Below, one piece after another: positions 37,777 through 47,099 of a stretch of 64,000 nucleotides of DNA; within the stretch, counting starts at the first letter, position 1; every line of letters begins with the position of its first letter. Under the pieces are notes generated by a model. It had not been told where the DNA came from, did no database searches, and saw nothing but the letters and a program-made list of their open reading frames with translations. The stretch is from a phage: the sequence record PV636258.1. One strand, 5' to 3'. The position numbers and the translations under genes were made by a program.

Positions 37777-38265
37777 TTAAGCCAATTTGTTCACCAGAGT
37801 TTCTACTGCGTCGGCGCTCAGTTTACCCATTTTGACATACTGGGATTTCGCTTCACCGCCAGCGGCTTTCACGATATCACTGTTGTCATAACCCTTTTTC
37901 GGGAATACCATCACGGAGAATGTTCCGTTGTTCAGCGGGTTCAGCTGAATACGACCTTTACCGACTACGATGGTGCCGTAAGTTTCGGTATTCGCTTCAA
38001 CAACGTGGATGTCATGGCCCAGGTCTTTCAGCATGCCAACTTTGTCAGCAGTCTTGGCAACTACGGCTTTGTCTACGACAACCTGCTCTACCAGGGTGAA
38101 GCCGTTGGTTGCTTTCACTTTGCCGTTCAGCAGATTCATGAAGGAAGTTTTGCCACCAGTGAATCCAGCTGCCTGAGCGATGCGGAACATCTCAACTTTT
38201 GCAACTTCGGTGTTCAGCTCAAAAGAGATGGTGCCGTTGGTGATCAGAGTTTTGGTAGTAGCCAT
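37777..38265 (-). CDS. Hypothetical protein, likely abundant early product
   Basis: 163 aa from the ATG at 38265 with GAGGAA SD; strong promoter with AT-rich upstream element; the track start further upstream is implausible. Confidence 0.5.
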   Translation of the reverse strand: MATTKTLITNGTISFELNTEVAKVEMFRIAQAAGFTGGKTSFMNLLNGKVKATNGFTLVEQVVVDKAVVAKTADKVGMLKDLGHDIHVVEANTETYGTIVVGKGRIQLNPLNNGTFSVMVFPKKGYDNSDIVKAAGGEAKSQYVKMGKLSADAVETLVNKLA

Positions 38266-38342
38266 GATGTAATTCCTCATAATGTAGTTGGGTCGTTTCA
38301 CTTTTCATTCGGCGGTGTGTTGTGTACCGCCCTATGTGAACT

Positions 38343-38371
38343 ATAATAGTGCATCATTATTGAAGAGTAAA
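38343..38371 (-). promoter_or_regulatory. Sigma70-like early promoter (minus: TTTACT-N17-TATTAT) with AT-rich upstream element
   Basis: Read directly; about 40 nt of A/T-rich sequence upstream of -35. Confidence 0.45.
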
Positions 38372-38415
38372 GTCTTTTTCAATAAATTTTTAAATTATTT
38401 TTGAAGTATTTTAAA

Positions 38416-38436
38416 AGGCCTCATAGAACGAGGCCT
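38416..38436 (-). terminator. Stem-loop (AGGCCTC/GAGGCCT)
   Basis: 7-bp inverted repeat followed by T-tract on the minus strand. Confidence 0.45.
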
Positions 38437-38464
38437 GAAGGGAAATAATTTGAGTTAAAAAGTT

Positions 38465-38674
38465 TTAGGTCGGCTTCTTTTTCAAATACTGGCGAGCCAA
38501 ATCCATTTGTTCTTCAGTGATAGGACAACCGCCGAAGTCCACCATTCCATTCCTCCAACCATGGATGAAACTCTTAGATTCTAAGCCAGATAGGACATAT
38601 CCTTCACGGGCTTGCATATACCCGCGAAGAATCTCTTCATCGTCCATACTATTCAGTTCTTTCAAATCCATCAT
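38465..38674 (-). CDS. Hypothetical protein
   Basis: 69-aa ORF overlapping the primase stop. Confidence 0.4.
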   Translation of the reverse strand: MMDLKELNSMDDEEILRGYMQAREGYVLSGLESKSFIHGWRNGMVDFGGCPITEEQMDLARQYLKKKPT

Positions 38675-39735
38675 ATCTTCCTCAAGTCAGAAAATCGTAA
38701 GGACGCCGACAGTCCCTGATATACGTTCTTGGCCATGATCTGAAGCAGATCACGTATCGGGATATTTCCCTTGTCGGGGCGAACCATATCATTGATATCC
38801 TTCCACGGTATTTCCGGTGGAAACAGAACGACTTTGACTCCGCTGTCTATCATCTTCTGTATACCGTCACAAACTTGTTTGTTCCTGTATTGGTTATCGG
38901 GGATATAGATGTCCCCCTTAGCACTTAATAAGTCGGCATCGGCAGTCGCAAGACAATTAGGTAGAAACAAGCTATCAATTGGACCTTCTACTACCAACTT
39001 TGTTTTGTTCCAAATGATGCGCTCTTCCCCGTAAATCTTAGTGTCTTCGTTCTTAGGCTTGACAGTGGCATACCGTAATACCCCATCAGGAAGGTTATCG
39101 CCGAATGCGCGCCCCTGAACTATCTTCATGCGCCCGTCTTGGGTCCAGAATGGGATTACCAGCCGCTCATCTTCGGGTATCTTCTTCTGCTTCTCAACAT
39201 CCGTTTCGAAACTCAGAAGATCTTGACGAAAATTTCTGCTGTAATATAACAAAGATAACGTGCTCTCCGGCATTCCCCTGCCTTCAACATAACGACGGGC
39301 GATATGATCACGGTCAAGAAGATCAAGGCGTATCATATTCCCAAGGTGCTCTTCATCCCGTTTGGCGACCCGAGAACCGATACGTGCTGTCTGGGTCAGG
39401 CGCTGTAGTGGTTTGAGTTTTTGTAACGGGCGGGAACTGGTATCCCCCATGATTCTGAATTTTTCAAGGTTGTATTCATTATACAGACGCTCGTCAAACT
39501 TCTTCAACCAGAATTCAAACGCCCAACCGCTCATTTCATTACAGTTGTGGCACTTGAAACGAAACACATCGTCATCACGATCATAAAAGAAGTGACCACG
39601 ACGCTTGTTAGCACTCTTCTTAGAATCCCCACATAATGGGCAACGAAATTTGGCGACAGCGCCAACACGTTCCCAGCTGAATTTATCAAGTCGGGGGGCG
39701 AGAAAATTGATGTATTGTTCGTCAAGAAATTTCAT
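38671..39735 (-). CDS. 61: DNA primase (T4 gp61-like)
   Basis: 354 aa; zinc ribbon FRCPLCGDSK...KCHNCN as in T4 gp61 (FRCPVCGDSK...CYNCN); Toprim-type acidic blocks (VVEGPIDSLF). Confidence 0.75.
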   Translation of the reverse strand: MKFLDEQYINFLAPRLDKFSWERVGAVAKFRCPLCGDSKKSANKRRGHFFYDRDDDVFRFKCHNCNEMSGWAFEFWLKKFDERLYNEYNLEKFRIMGDTSSRPLQKLKPLQRLTQTARIGSRVAKRDEEHLGNMIRLDLLDRDHIARRYVEGRGMPESTLSLLYYSRNFRQDLLSFETDVEKQKKIPEDERLVIPFWTQDGRMKIVQGRAFGDNLPDGVLRYATVKPKNEDTKIYGEERIIWNKTKLVVEGPIDSLFLPNCLATADADLLSAKGDIYIPDNQYRNKQVCDGIQKMIDSGVKVVLFPPEIPWKDINDMVRPDKGNIPIRDLLQIMAKNVYQGLSASLRFSDLRKI

Positions 39736-40007
39736 TTACCCCACCCGGTCCGGAAAAGGATAGATTTATATTCTTCTACCATGTTCTGGTCATAATGCGT
39801 AAGACGAGAATATGCTTTGGCTTCATAACTGTCAGCCCCAAGTTCAGTCGCCGCCATGGCCGCTTTCATGTTCAATGTGTTTTCATATCTGGATTCCATA
39901 CCATGGGTTTCCAAATATTCTTTCGCCTGTACAAATCGGCGCTCACTCGCAAACAAGAAGTCATAATTTATTTCTGAAAATTCTTTGTTGTATGCTGCTA
40001 ATGACAT
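39732..40007 (-). CDS. Hypothetical protein
   Basis: ATG at 40007 with AGAGGTG SD; the longer track ORF overlaps the upstream gene. Confidence 0.4.
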   Translation of the reverse strand: MSLAAYNKEFSEINYDFLFASERRFVQAKEYLETHGMESRYENTLNMKAAMAATELGADSYEAKAYSRLTHYDQNMVEEYKSILFRTGWGK

Positions 40008-40017
40008 AGTACACCTC

Positions 40018-40635
40018 TTAAATCGCGGGCCTCTGGAACACTTCTGACACATTATAATCCACCCCGCGACTTTGAGCTATGCAAAGCTGTCTCCATGCAC
40101 CATATAGAATATTCTGCTCTGCGACTTGATTGCGTTCAAAGTGGGCGAATTCTTCCAGCATCTGTTTGTACCCCAATAGATAAGGAGGGATATCTGTAGG
40201 TCTTCTTTTGCCCAAAGATTTAGACAAATATGATGCATAATGTTCCGGTGAAGACAAAGATGAATATTGCATATTTGGAACGTGAACGGGCTTCAAAGAT
40301 TTTCTAGGGGTGAAGTACAACAAACCCCACTTGGGAGGGAGGTCTTCAATTTTAATAACATCTGCTGGGCAAACATAGAAACGATATGCTCCCATGCCTA
40401 TGGAAGGATTCATGCGATGAGGTTTCTTTTTGTCTGTCAGGAAGTCGGCGCGGGAGACTTTAACTTCCATTAATATAGAACAACCCCCAGGTCTGAACCC
40501 GATGGCGTCAGGGGATTCACGATTATCGAATGAATTTGGTTCTACGAACACAGCACCACAATTCATTTGTTTGTGTAGAAATTTTGCAGCGATTTGACAA
40601 CCTTCTGAGTGAGAAGGTATAAAGATTTTGCCCAT
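40018..40635 (-). CDS. Putative PD-(D/E)xK-fold nuclease
   Basis: 205 aa; candidate motif PDAIGF...ILMEVKV (D...E.K). Confidence 0.35.
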   Translation of the reverse strand: MGKIFIPSHSEGCQIAAKFLHKQMNCGAVFVEPNSFDNRESPDAIGFRPGGCSILMEVKVSRADFLTDKKKPHRMNPSIGMGAYRFYVCPADVIKIEDLPPKWGLLYFTPRKSLKPVHVPNMQYSSLSSPEHYASYLSKSLGKRRPTDIPPYLLGYKQMLEEFAHFERNQVAEQNILYGAWRQLCIAQSRGVDYNVSEVFQRPAI

Positions 40636-40698
40636 TGTTATCTGTATCCTATTGATGACGAATGGGCAAAATTATAACCTGACGATGATCCTATTGAG

Positions 40699-41052
40699 TT
40701 AGGACAGTTGCTTCAGTTTGTAAATCGTTTGATAGCACAGAGTCTTGATTTCGTCAAGCGTATTTTGTAAATGGCTATCACACTGATTGTAGATCCCATT
40801 AACGTCGATGATCACGCTGTTGATATACGATATCGGTTCAGGATTGTACAATTTGATGTTCTCGAATCCTGGAATGTATATACCTCCCGCACCAATATAC
40901 GCTTCCGTAAAGGTGTCCAGCAAGTCCTCCAGTTCCCCGTAGAACTCCCCGAGTGCCTTGTGCTTGGCATAGGACGTTGTAACGAAGTGGAGGGCATGAG
41001 AGTGGGCTATAGCAAGCAGTCCACGGTTGATGAATATACTCGCGTTAACCAT
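40699..41052 (-). CDS. Hypothetical protein
   Basis: 117-aa ORF, ATG start. Confidence 0.4.
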   Translation of the reverse strand: MVNASIFINRGLLAIAHSHALHFVTTSYAKHKALGEFYGELEDLLDTFTEAYIGAGGIYIPGFENIKLYNPEPISYINSVIIDVNGIYNQCDSHLQNTLDEIKTLCYQTIYKLKQLS

Positions 41053-41101
41053 GATTGTTTCCTCAGAAAAAGAAATCCCCCTGTATTTAGGGGGATTGTC
41101 A

Positions 41102-41344
41102 TCAAGGCTTGATCAAAGTCAGCTTGACGGTTTCACCCGTGCTGGTGTTCGTCAGGGTCATAATGTTCTGTGCGTTCACAGACTTCACTTTCCCCTGATG
41201 TTTATCCCCGTTGCGATCATAGTAATCAATCAAATCGCCTTTGTTAGGGCGGCCAACGTCGGTGATGTCATACATGCCCTGCTGTCCAAGACGGCGATGG
41301 TCAACCTTTGCTTCCTTCAAGAGGAAGTCCTGGAATCCTTTCAT
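41102..41344 (-). CDS. Hypothetical protein
   Basis: 80-aa ORF, ATG start. Confidence 0.4.
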   Translation of the reverse strand: MKGFQDFLLKEAKVDHRRLGQQGMYDITDVGRPNKGDLIDYYDRNGDKHQGKVKSVNAQNIMTLTNTSTGETVKLTLIKP

Positions 41345-41353
41345 ACAACCTCC

Positions 41354-41923
41354 TTAGACAGGTTTAACGCCGATATATTTGGCAATGTCCGCAGCTAGGG
41401 TTTTTCCCTTACTGATGTCATGCTGTTTGCCAGCGACTGTGACAATTACATATGGATCGTCTTCTCCGCCGAAGTCGATTGCGACAGGTTTTCCAATACC
41501 AGGAATACCGGAATATTCAAACTCTGTACGACCGCTTTTACGAGATTTGCCAACGCCCAGCGCTTTACCGATCATCTTATCCATGTTCGCCAATTCTTGG
41601 GCATAGGATTCTGTGACCTGACCTTTGCTGGCATCTTTCCCAAAGAAGAACTCAAAACCGTCATGAACGGCAACCACATCTTTACCGACAGAAACTGCAT
41701 GAACCTGGTCCGGTGTGAGTTTTACTTTGGTGGTGTTGCCGTTAGTCAATTCCAGATTATAGATGTCGGCCTGATTATCTGGAGTGATCTGGGTTACGGT
41801 GGCACCAGTACACCATTGGGTTCCGTCGGCCTGTTTGGTGATGGTTACACTTTTGCCTTGTATGCCGCCATGAGTTTGCGGTTGTTGAGCTTGTTCTTTA
41901 AAATATTCGATAAACGGTTTCAT
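41354..41923 (-). CDS. Hypothetical protein
   Basis: 189-aa ORF, ATG start. Confidence 0.45.
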   Translation of the reverse strand: MKPFIEYFKEQAQQPQTHGGIQGKSVTITKQADGTQWCTGATVTQITPDNQADIYNLELTNGNTTKVKLTPDQVHAVSVGKDVVAVHDGFEFFFGKDASKGQVTESYAQELANMDKMIGKALGVGKSRKSGRTEFEYSGIPGIGKPVAIDFGGEDDPYVIVTVAGKQHDISKGKTLAADIAKYIGVKPV

Positions 41924-41952
41924 CGTGGATCTCCTAAGGATTTTGATGTATT

Positions 41953-41970
41953 TAGCCCCCGAAGGGGCTA
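41953..41970 (-). terminator. Stem-loop (TAGCCCC-CGAA-GGGGCTA)
   Basis: 7-bp perfect inverted repeat downstream of the 909-aa gene. Confidence 0.45.
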
Positions 41971-41974
41971 TGAC

Positions 41975-44704
41975 TTATTTCAGACTAATCTGAAGATTAC
42001 CACCCAGCGATTGTTCATATTCACTGTATGCACTATCACCATTACTCATAGCCCATTCGTCGGATTGGCGAGCGCGTTCAAGGGTCATGAGATTTGGCTC
42101 GGTAGGATTATAGCCTTTAGATTTCGCGTCGTTGTATACCGTTTGCAGGTATTGGTTGGCACGGTTGATCTGATCCTTGAATTCACGATATGCTCCTTCG
42201 GTCGTATTGCGACGGAAAGTGATATCCCAAGCAACATTCAGAACTGTACCATTACTGGCTGTGTATACCTGCCAATCCAGATCTCGTCCATTAGGAGCGC
42301 TGTCACGAATGGATTCGGCATAGGTGGCCAGATCACCTGCATTCTTACCTCCAGCAGCCTGATCTTTAGCCCGAGCCAGAGCATCAATGACTGCTGTGCG
42401 GTTCCTGGACTGCGCCAAATCTTTGTCTTGGAACATAATCGCGCCAAATTTACTGACAGTGATGTCATTCAGGAACAGATTGTTAGGGTTATAGTTTGAT
42501 GAACTGAGGTGGCTCAGTTGCGACGCTGCGTCTTTCAGGCGTCGAGAAATCTCATCCAATGCATCTTGCACTGATTTGACAGACAACGAAATATCATATC
42601 CATTGCTGTCTACTACATTTCGACCATTTTCAGTCAACATGGTGGTGATGTTGGCTTTGTTTCGATCGAAGTCGTAAGTTACGTTGGTAACGAATCTTGC
42701 GGCTTGCAACTTGCTGCCAGCAGGGAACTGGAAATCCCACGCTACAGAGAAGCCATGAACGGTTTCACCAAAAAATTTAGCATTGCTTGGTACTTTGATG
42801 TTTGCAGTGATCACTGCATTTTCACTGGAATTGGTGTTGATTTCACCAAAGATAGTACGCTCGTCGGAAGATTGAACCAACAGAGTATCTTTTCCACGCC
42901 AATCATAGCGGACTTTGAATGTTGTACGAGGAAACTCTTTCATCAGATCAAGTTTGACCGCCTTGCCCAAGGTAAACCGATTCAGCAGAGCGTCAGCGAT
43001 CTTCAATGTGAAAGAACCGCAATCAACGTAAGAATATCCCTGAGAACGGGAAATTTTTTGAATCGGATATGGGGCACCGTTAATAGGAACAACACGGCAT
43101 TCTACTTCTCCTGCAAATTGAGAATCGGCTGCACGGGAGATTGCGCCCACTATTTCATAAGCGGCGTTTTTCACGTCTCCTTCCAGCATAAGTTGGTCAT
43201 GACCAGACAAATCTGATACTACTTCTACAGAAAGTTTTCCGTTGACAATTCCCCAGAAATAAACCTGAATGTCCAGACCACCCGAAGTACGATATTTGCC
43301 CGCACCGATTCGTGTTAGTTTCTCACCTGCATACATACCGACCTGTTGTGGAGCATATGTATCAACGATACCCAAGATGCGGGCGATATAACCCTGGTTG
43401 CGCAGATCATCCATAGAACCGGTTTTTGGAAGAGTTTTCATGTCGACGGGAGCAGTAGCCCCTATTCCAAATTCAACATATGCCACAATCTTGCCGCCGG
43501 ACTTCAGTTCCCACCCCATTCCCTGACGGTCAGAAGCTGCCATGATTTTGCGATCCACTTCACCGCGACCGACATATTCTTTGTTGAATACGGTCACCTG
43601 AGCGATAGATTGGGAGCGGGCAATCTTCGCCATTGCGCCATCTTTGACCATGATGGCCAGATCATTGGAACTCAGAGTCACATCGTTCGCACCGACTACC
43701 TTCACAACAGAACTGAAGATACCGTTGGACTTCGCCATGATTGAAATGTTCCAGTCAGGATTGGTAGAATCTGAATTGCTGGTGTCAACATCCACAACAA
43801 GTACAACCTGCCCGCCTTTCTTGAACGTGTACTGGTCATACAACCCTTTCTTCTGTTTAGACATGTCTGCGCCGATTAAGTCCTGGTTGGTGAAACCGCG
43901 CTTCATGCTCCAGGATACTTCTGTGCCATCCAGGTATTTATCAAAATTGTAGCCATAGAAGGTGGCAACTTCACGGGAACCGCTCACCAGTCGGACGTAG
44001 TTTCCGCGGATAGGGTCGCGACCATTCTTCAATTCAAGGCTAGTGTCGGAAGAGTTATACCAATCACGGTTGACTTCAACCTCTGAACTGTTGTAAGAAG
44101 ATGAAGTCCCCACATCCAGAGTATCGTTCTGAACCGGAACGTCACCGACTTTGTCCGGATCATCCCATGTGACACCTTTCATTTTCGGGCCATCAAATAC
44201 CTGAGCAGGATCCTTACCTTTACGCACAACCCATACAAATGCACGATCAGGGATAGGGGTATACGTCAGGTCCATGACATTGAGCTTCTGCTTCAGGCCG
44301 GACTGACGGATGATCTTCGGCAGGAGGGTAACACCACGTTCCAATGCTTTCTTGGAGAAGTTAATTGCAAAGCCGTCAATGGTTTTACCCAAAGGCGTCG
44401 CCATGAATTGCTTTGTTGCTTCAATCATGGATGCGATAACGCGCATCGGATTCTTGAAACGACCGATGGCATCGGGATATGTGGAACCACGCTTCTGACC
44501 GATAAAGACTTGGCGAACATTCTTGCCTAGACCTTGTGGGGTATAGAATTGAATACGGAATTCTTTTTCGTCTTCATCAACAAATGTGAAGAAAATGTCG
44601 CCAGCGTTCTTCTTGCCGAATGTCAATTCATACGGGGATGAGTTAAACGCTTCGTCTAATTGTTTAGACTCTTCAAGAAAGTTCAAGAAAGATGGGATGG
44701 CCAT
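41975..44704 (-). CDS. Large hypothetical protein (909 aa)
   Basis: Uninterrupted 2.7-kb ORF, ATG with AGGAG SD; S/T/N/G-rich, beta-rich composition; no polymerase or ATPase motifs seen. Confidence 0.6.
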   Translation of the reverse strand: MAIPSFLNFLEESKQLDEAFNSSPYELTFGKKNAGDIFFTFVDEDEKEFRIQFYTPQGLGKNVRQVFIGQKRGSTYPDAIGRFKNPMRVIASMIEATKQFMATPLGKTIDGFAINFSKKALERGVTLLPKIIRQSGLKQKLNVMDLTYTPIPDRAFVWVVRKGKDPAQVFDGPKMKGVTWDDPDKVGDVPVQNDTLDVGTSSSYNSSEVEVNRDWYNSSDTSLELKNGRDPIRGNYVRLVSGSREVATFYGYNFDKYLDGTEVSWSMKRGFTNQDLIGADMSKQKKGLYDQYTFKKGGQVVLVVDVDTSNSDSTNPDWNISIMAKSNGIFSSVVKVVGANDVTLSSNDLAIMVKDGAMAKIARSQSIAQVTVFNKEYVGRGEVDRKIMAASDRQGMGWELKSGGKIVAYVEFGIGATAPVDMKTLPKTGSMDDLRNQGYIARILGIVDTYAPQQVGMYAGEKLTRIGAGKYRTSGGLDIQVYFWGIVNGKLSVEVVSDLSGHDQLMLEGDVKNAAYEIVGAISRAADSQFAGEVECRVVPINGAPYPIQKISRSQGYSYVDCGSFTLKIADALLNRFTLGKAVKLDLMKEFPRTTFKVRYDWRGKDTLLVQSSDERTIFGEINTNSSENAVITANIKVPSNAKFFGETVHGFSVAWDFQFPAGSKLQAARFVTNVTYDFDRNKANITTMLTENGRNVVDSNGYDISLSVKSVQDALDEISRRLKDAASQLSHLSSSNYNPNNLFLNDITVSKFGAIMFQDKDLAQSRNRTAVIDALARAKDQAAGGKNAGDLATYAESIRDSAPNGRDLDWQVYTASNGTVLNVAWDITFRRNTTEGAYREFKDQINRANQYLQTVYNDAKSKGYNPTEPNLMTLERARQSDEWAMSNGDSAYSEYEQSLGGNLQISLK

Positions 44705-44772
44705 TGTAATTCTCCTGATTATAAAATCGGTGCGGTTTCCCTTAATTAGCGAAAAGAAAGGGGTGCTTCTTA

Positions 44773-45048
44773 TTAACGACGAAACGGGCGAGACGCGTTT
44801 TGGCGATTGTTGTAATTCTTATCAAATTGTGCCAACGCCGCCGGACTCCATTCGCGTTCCCATTCTTTGTCAACTTCGGTTTGGTTGGCAGGTTCAATCA
44901 TTTCAGCAGTAGGAAAATCGCGTTTCATAATTTCACGCAATTGTTCAGAAGGGGCGGTTTGGGCGTGGACTAATTCTTCACCGTCGTAAACTTTGGCCAT
45001 CAACCATTTGCTGCCGTAACGGATATATGCGTCGAGGATGATTTTCAT
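44773..45048 (-). CDS. Hypothetical protein
   Basis: ATG at 45048 with AGGAAC SD; the track start at 45069 is TTG. Confidence 0.4.
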   Translation of the reverse strand: MKIILDAYIRYGSKWLMAKVYDGEELVHAQTAPSEQLREIMKRDFPTAEMIEPANQTEVDKEWEREWSPAALAQFDKNYNNRQNASRPFRR

Positions 45049-45096
45049 AATGTAGTTCCTGCTTTTCAAGTTGGTGTCGTACTGCTTATGTTTAGA

Positions 45097-45124
45097 ATTA
45101 TACGTGGGTTATTGAAGAAGTAAA
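45097..45124 (-). promoter_or_regulatory. Sigma70-like early promoter (minus: TTTACT-N16-TATAAT)
   Basis: Consensus -10 TATAAT; -35 abuts the hairpin. Confidence 0.45.
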
Positions 45125-45140
45125 GGGGCTTTTGCCCCTT
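45123..45140 (-). terminator. Stem-loop (AAGGGGC-TTTT-GCCCCTT)
   Basis: 7-bp inverted repeat with flanking T-tract. Confidence 0.45.
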
Positions 45141-45152
45141 TTATTGAATAAT

Positions 45153-45791
45153 TTAAGGTGTTGGGTTGACAACGGGAATATGGAACCTGATCCCAGAGAC
45201 AATGTCCTTCAACTGTGGCTGCCAACCCGTGACCAAACGGGGTAGCGCATTAGAACCAGGATAGACAATAATGATATCGCTTCCGGTTACATTATGTTGA
45301 GGGAATTGTGACATGTATTGCTCCATCGTCACCCCTGGGTCTATCAACACAGGACCGACATCCGAAGATGCATATGTTGCCCCCAAACCGTCGACGCCCC
45401 ATGCTAATATTCCATAATCAGGAATATTGGCTTCAGAAGTTATGGTGAATCCGAAGATACGATTCAGCGCAGAAAAATCATACACGCCGTGAGCACTGTC
45501 ATATGTCAGATAACCCTTTGCCAGCATATCGGCGAATATCGCGTCTGTGTCACCAGTTGCCGGAGTCGGTATGGTAAACAATAACTCACCAGCAGGAGGT
45601 GATGGATACGTGCCGAGCGCATAAAGGCACCAAGCGTCAATGCATTTCTTGATGAATGCTTCAGGCGCGACATAATCCGCAAGGCGCATTGTACCGGAAT
45701 ATTCTGAAGTAATGATCCCTTCCTTCGCGCCCTGAATAGCCAGAAACACCATTATGTGTTCATATCCGGTCTGAGATGGAGTGATATTCAT
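45153..45791 (-). CDS. Hypothetical protein
   Basis: 212-aa ORF, stop overlapping the next start. Confidence 0.45.
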   Translation of the reverse strand: MNITPSQTGYEHIMVFLAIQGAKEGIITSEYSGTMRLADYVAPEAFIKKCIDAWCLYALGTYPSPPAGELLFTIPTPATGDTDAIFADMLAKGYLTYDSAHGVYDFSALNRIFGFTITSEANIPDYGILAWGVDGLGATYASSDVGPVLIDPGVTMEQYMSQFPQHNVTGSDIIIVYPGSNALPRLVTGWQPQLKDIVSGIRFHIPVVNPTP

Positions 45792-46408
45792 TATCTGGTC
45801 CTCTTGAGTTTCTCAATCGTGCGCTTATTCATGGCGATCACTCCTGGGTCGACCTTTGGGTTTATTGCCATGCCTTTGAAAGACACACATCGTTGAAGAT
45901 ATTTAGCCTTCTTCACGACGTCGGCTGCATAAGAATTGGATTTCTGGTTACGATTGAACCCAGCATTGTAAGAGGAAAGGGATTTGCGGATGTTTTGGTT
46001 ATGATATTCTAGCCAGAAATTCATTTCATCAAGGGCAGCATTGGCAGCATATTCTTGATTGACCAGTAATTTGATCGCGACATTGGCGTAACACTTCTGC
46101 GTTTTGCATCCCTCCCGTTTCCCGACGGTTTGGACGCGATTTTGAAATGCCCCCATATTAGCCGATTTGAGGTTATTCCGCATGGATACAACATCTTCTC
46201 CGGCGCGGCTTTCCCTCCATGATATTGCGGCGAGAGTGAAACCAAGGTCTTGTTGTTTTCCCACGTGATAGGCTGTGGCCATGGTTGAAAGTTGTTGATC
46301 AGAAAACTCATAATCACATTGGGTGGTACTTTGGGAAGCGTGCACACTCCCGCTGGCAATGGTAAAGGTCACGGACAAGGCCATGGCCTTCAACGTTGTC
46401 ATCGTCAT
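45791..46408 (-). CDS. Secreted protein with lytic-transglycosylase-like (SLT) motif
   Basis: N-terminal signal peptide (MTMTTLKAMALSVTFTIASGSVHA); block AISWRESRAG...NMGAFQ resembles the SLT catalytic E-S...G.FQ region. Confidence 0.4.
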   Translation of the reverse strand: MTMTTLKAMALSVTFTIASGSVHASQSTTQCDYEFSDQQLSTMATAYHVGKQQDLGFTLAAISWRESRAGEDVVSMRNNLKSANMGAFQNRVQTVGKREGCKTQKCYANVAIKLLVNQEYAANAALDEMNFWLEYHNQNIRKSLSSYNAGFNRNQKSNSYAADVVKKAKYLQRCVSFKGMAINPKVDPGVIAMNKRTIEKLKRTR

Positions 46409-46474
46409 GATGGCGTTCCTTATGTGTTTGTCGACTTGCAGCTCGCTGGAGCCTCCTGACAGGGTTAAAAGATA

Positions 46475-46500
46475 AAGGGCACGTGATATTTAGTGCCCTT
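46475..46500 (-). terminator. Stem-loop (AAGGGCAC/GTGCCCTT)
   Basis: 8-bp inverted repeat with 10-nt loop. Confidence 0.4.
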
Positions 46501-46504
46501 CACC

Positions 46505-46789
46505 TTATTCGTAGATCAGATGGTATGATTCCTCGATGCATTCCAACCAACCGTAGACAAATTCCATAGGATCATCCCAAGCTGTATGGGAAGCAATAGT
46601 GAAATCCCCGTCCAAGATTTGCATATCAGTATATTTGTTGAAACCTAACACGGCATCAACGACTATTAAGCCACCTTGCTCTAGATAACGCTTTGGGGTC
46701 AACGTTACCTGATAATGTTTGTTTCGCTGATTCCATAACTCGACAGCGATATCACAAGCAATCTGAATTTCATCTTTCTCTTCTGACAT
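46505..46789 (-). CDS. Hypothetical protein
   Basis: 94-aa acidic ORF. Confidence 0.4.
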   Translation of the reverse strand: MSEEKDEIQIACDIAVELWNQRNKHYQVTLTPKRYLEQGGLIVVDAVLGFNKYTDMQILDGDFTIASHTAWDDPMEFVYGWLECIEESYHLIYE

Positions 46790-47099
46790 ATGTTTGTCTC
46801 AAATATTCAGTAAAAGATTTACCCAACTTGCGGAATAGTTTAATACGACCGATCACTTTGACATAAACATCTCCATGACATGGGCGCGGCTTACACCAGC
46901 ATCCCAAGGTCTTTCCATCTAATTCAAGGAGTTCATCCTCGGTGATATCCCCTTCAATCAGGCGCACATACAAATCGTCTTCAAACAACTCAATACAGTT
47001 TCCCCGCCCGTGGTCTCTGACCTCGAACGGGTTTCCCCATTTACCAGGGCGACCAATGTAGACGTCGTATGGCTCCTTCTTGAAGTGGACGACTTTCAT
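46770..47099 (-). CDS. Conserved phage protein with GKWGNPF and CWC..PCHG motifs (DUF4326-like, tentative)
   Basis: 109 aa; motifs read directly; family name from memory. Confidence 0.4.
   Translation of the reverse strand: MKVVHFKKEPYDVYIGRPGKWGNPFEVRDHGRGNCIELFEDDLYVRLIEGDITEDELLELDGKTLGCWCKPRPCHGDVYVKVIGRIKLFRKLGKSFTEYLRQTYVRRER

Noticed and set aside
37660-38346. Plus-strand ORF 37660..38346 (228 aa) and other long antisense ORFs (e.g. 41420..42499, 42704..43216, 6380..6856)
   Set aside because: They overlap well-signalled genes on the opposite strand, show Cys/His/Phe-rich low-complexity translations and no start context; these are shadow ORFs.
41975-44704. 909-aa ORF as T4-like DNA polymerase gp43 (similar length)
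   Set aside because: No exonuclease or polymerase motifs (no YGDTDS, no K...NS.YG, no DxxSLYPS) are present in the translation.
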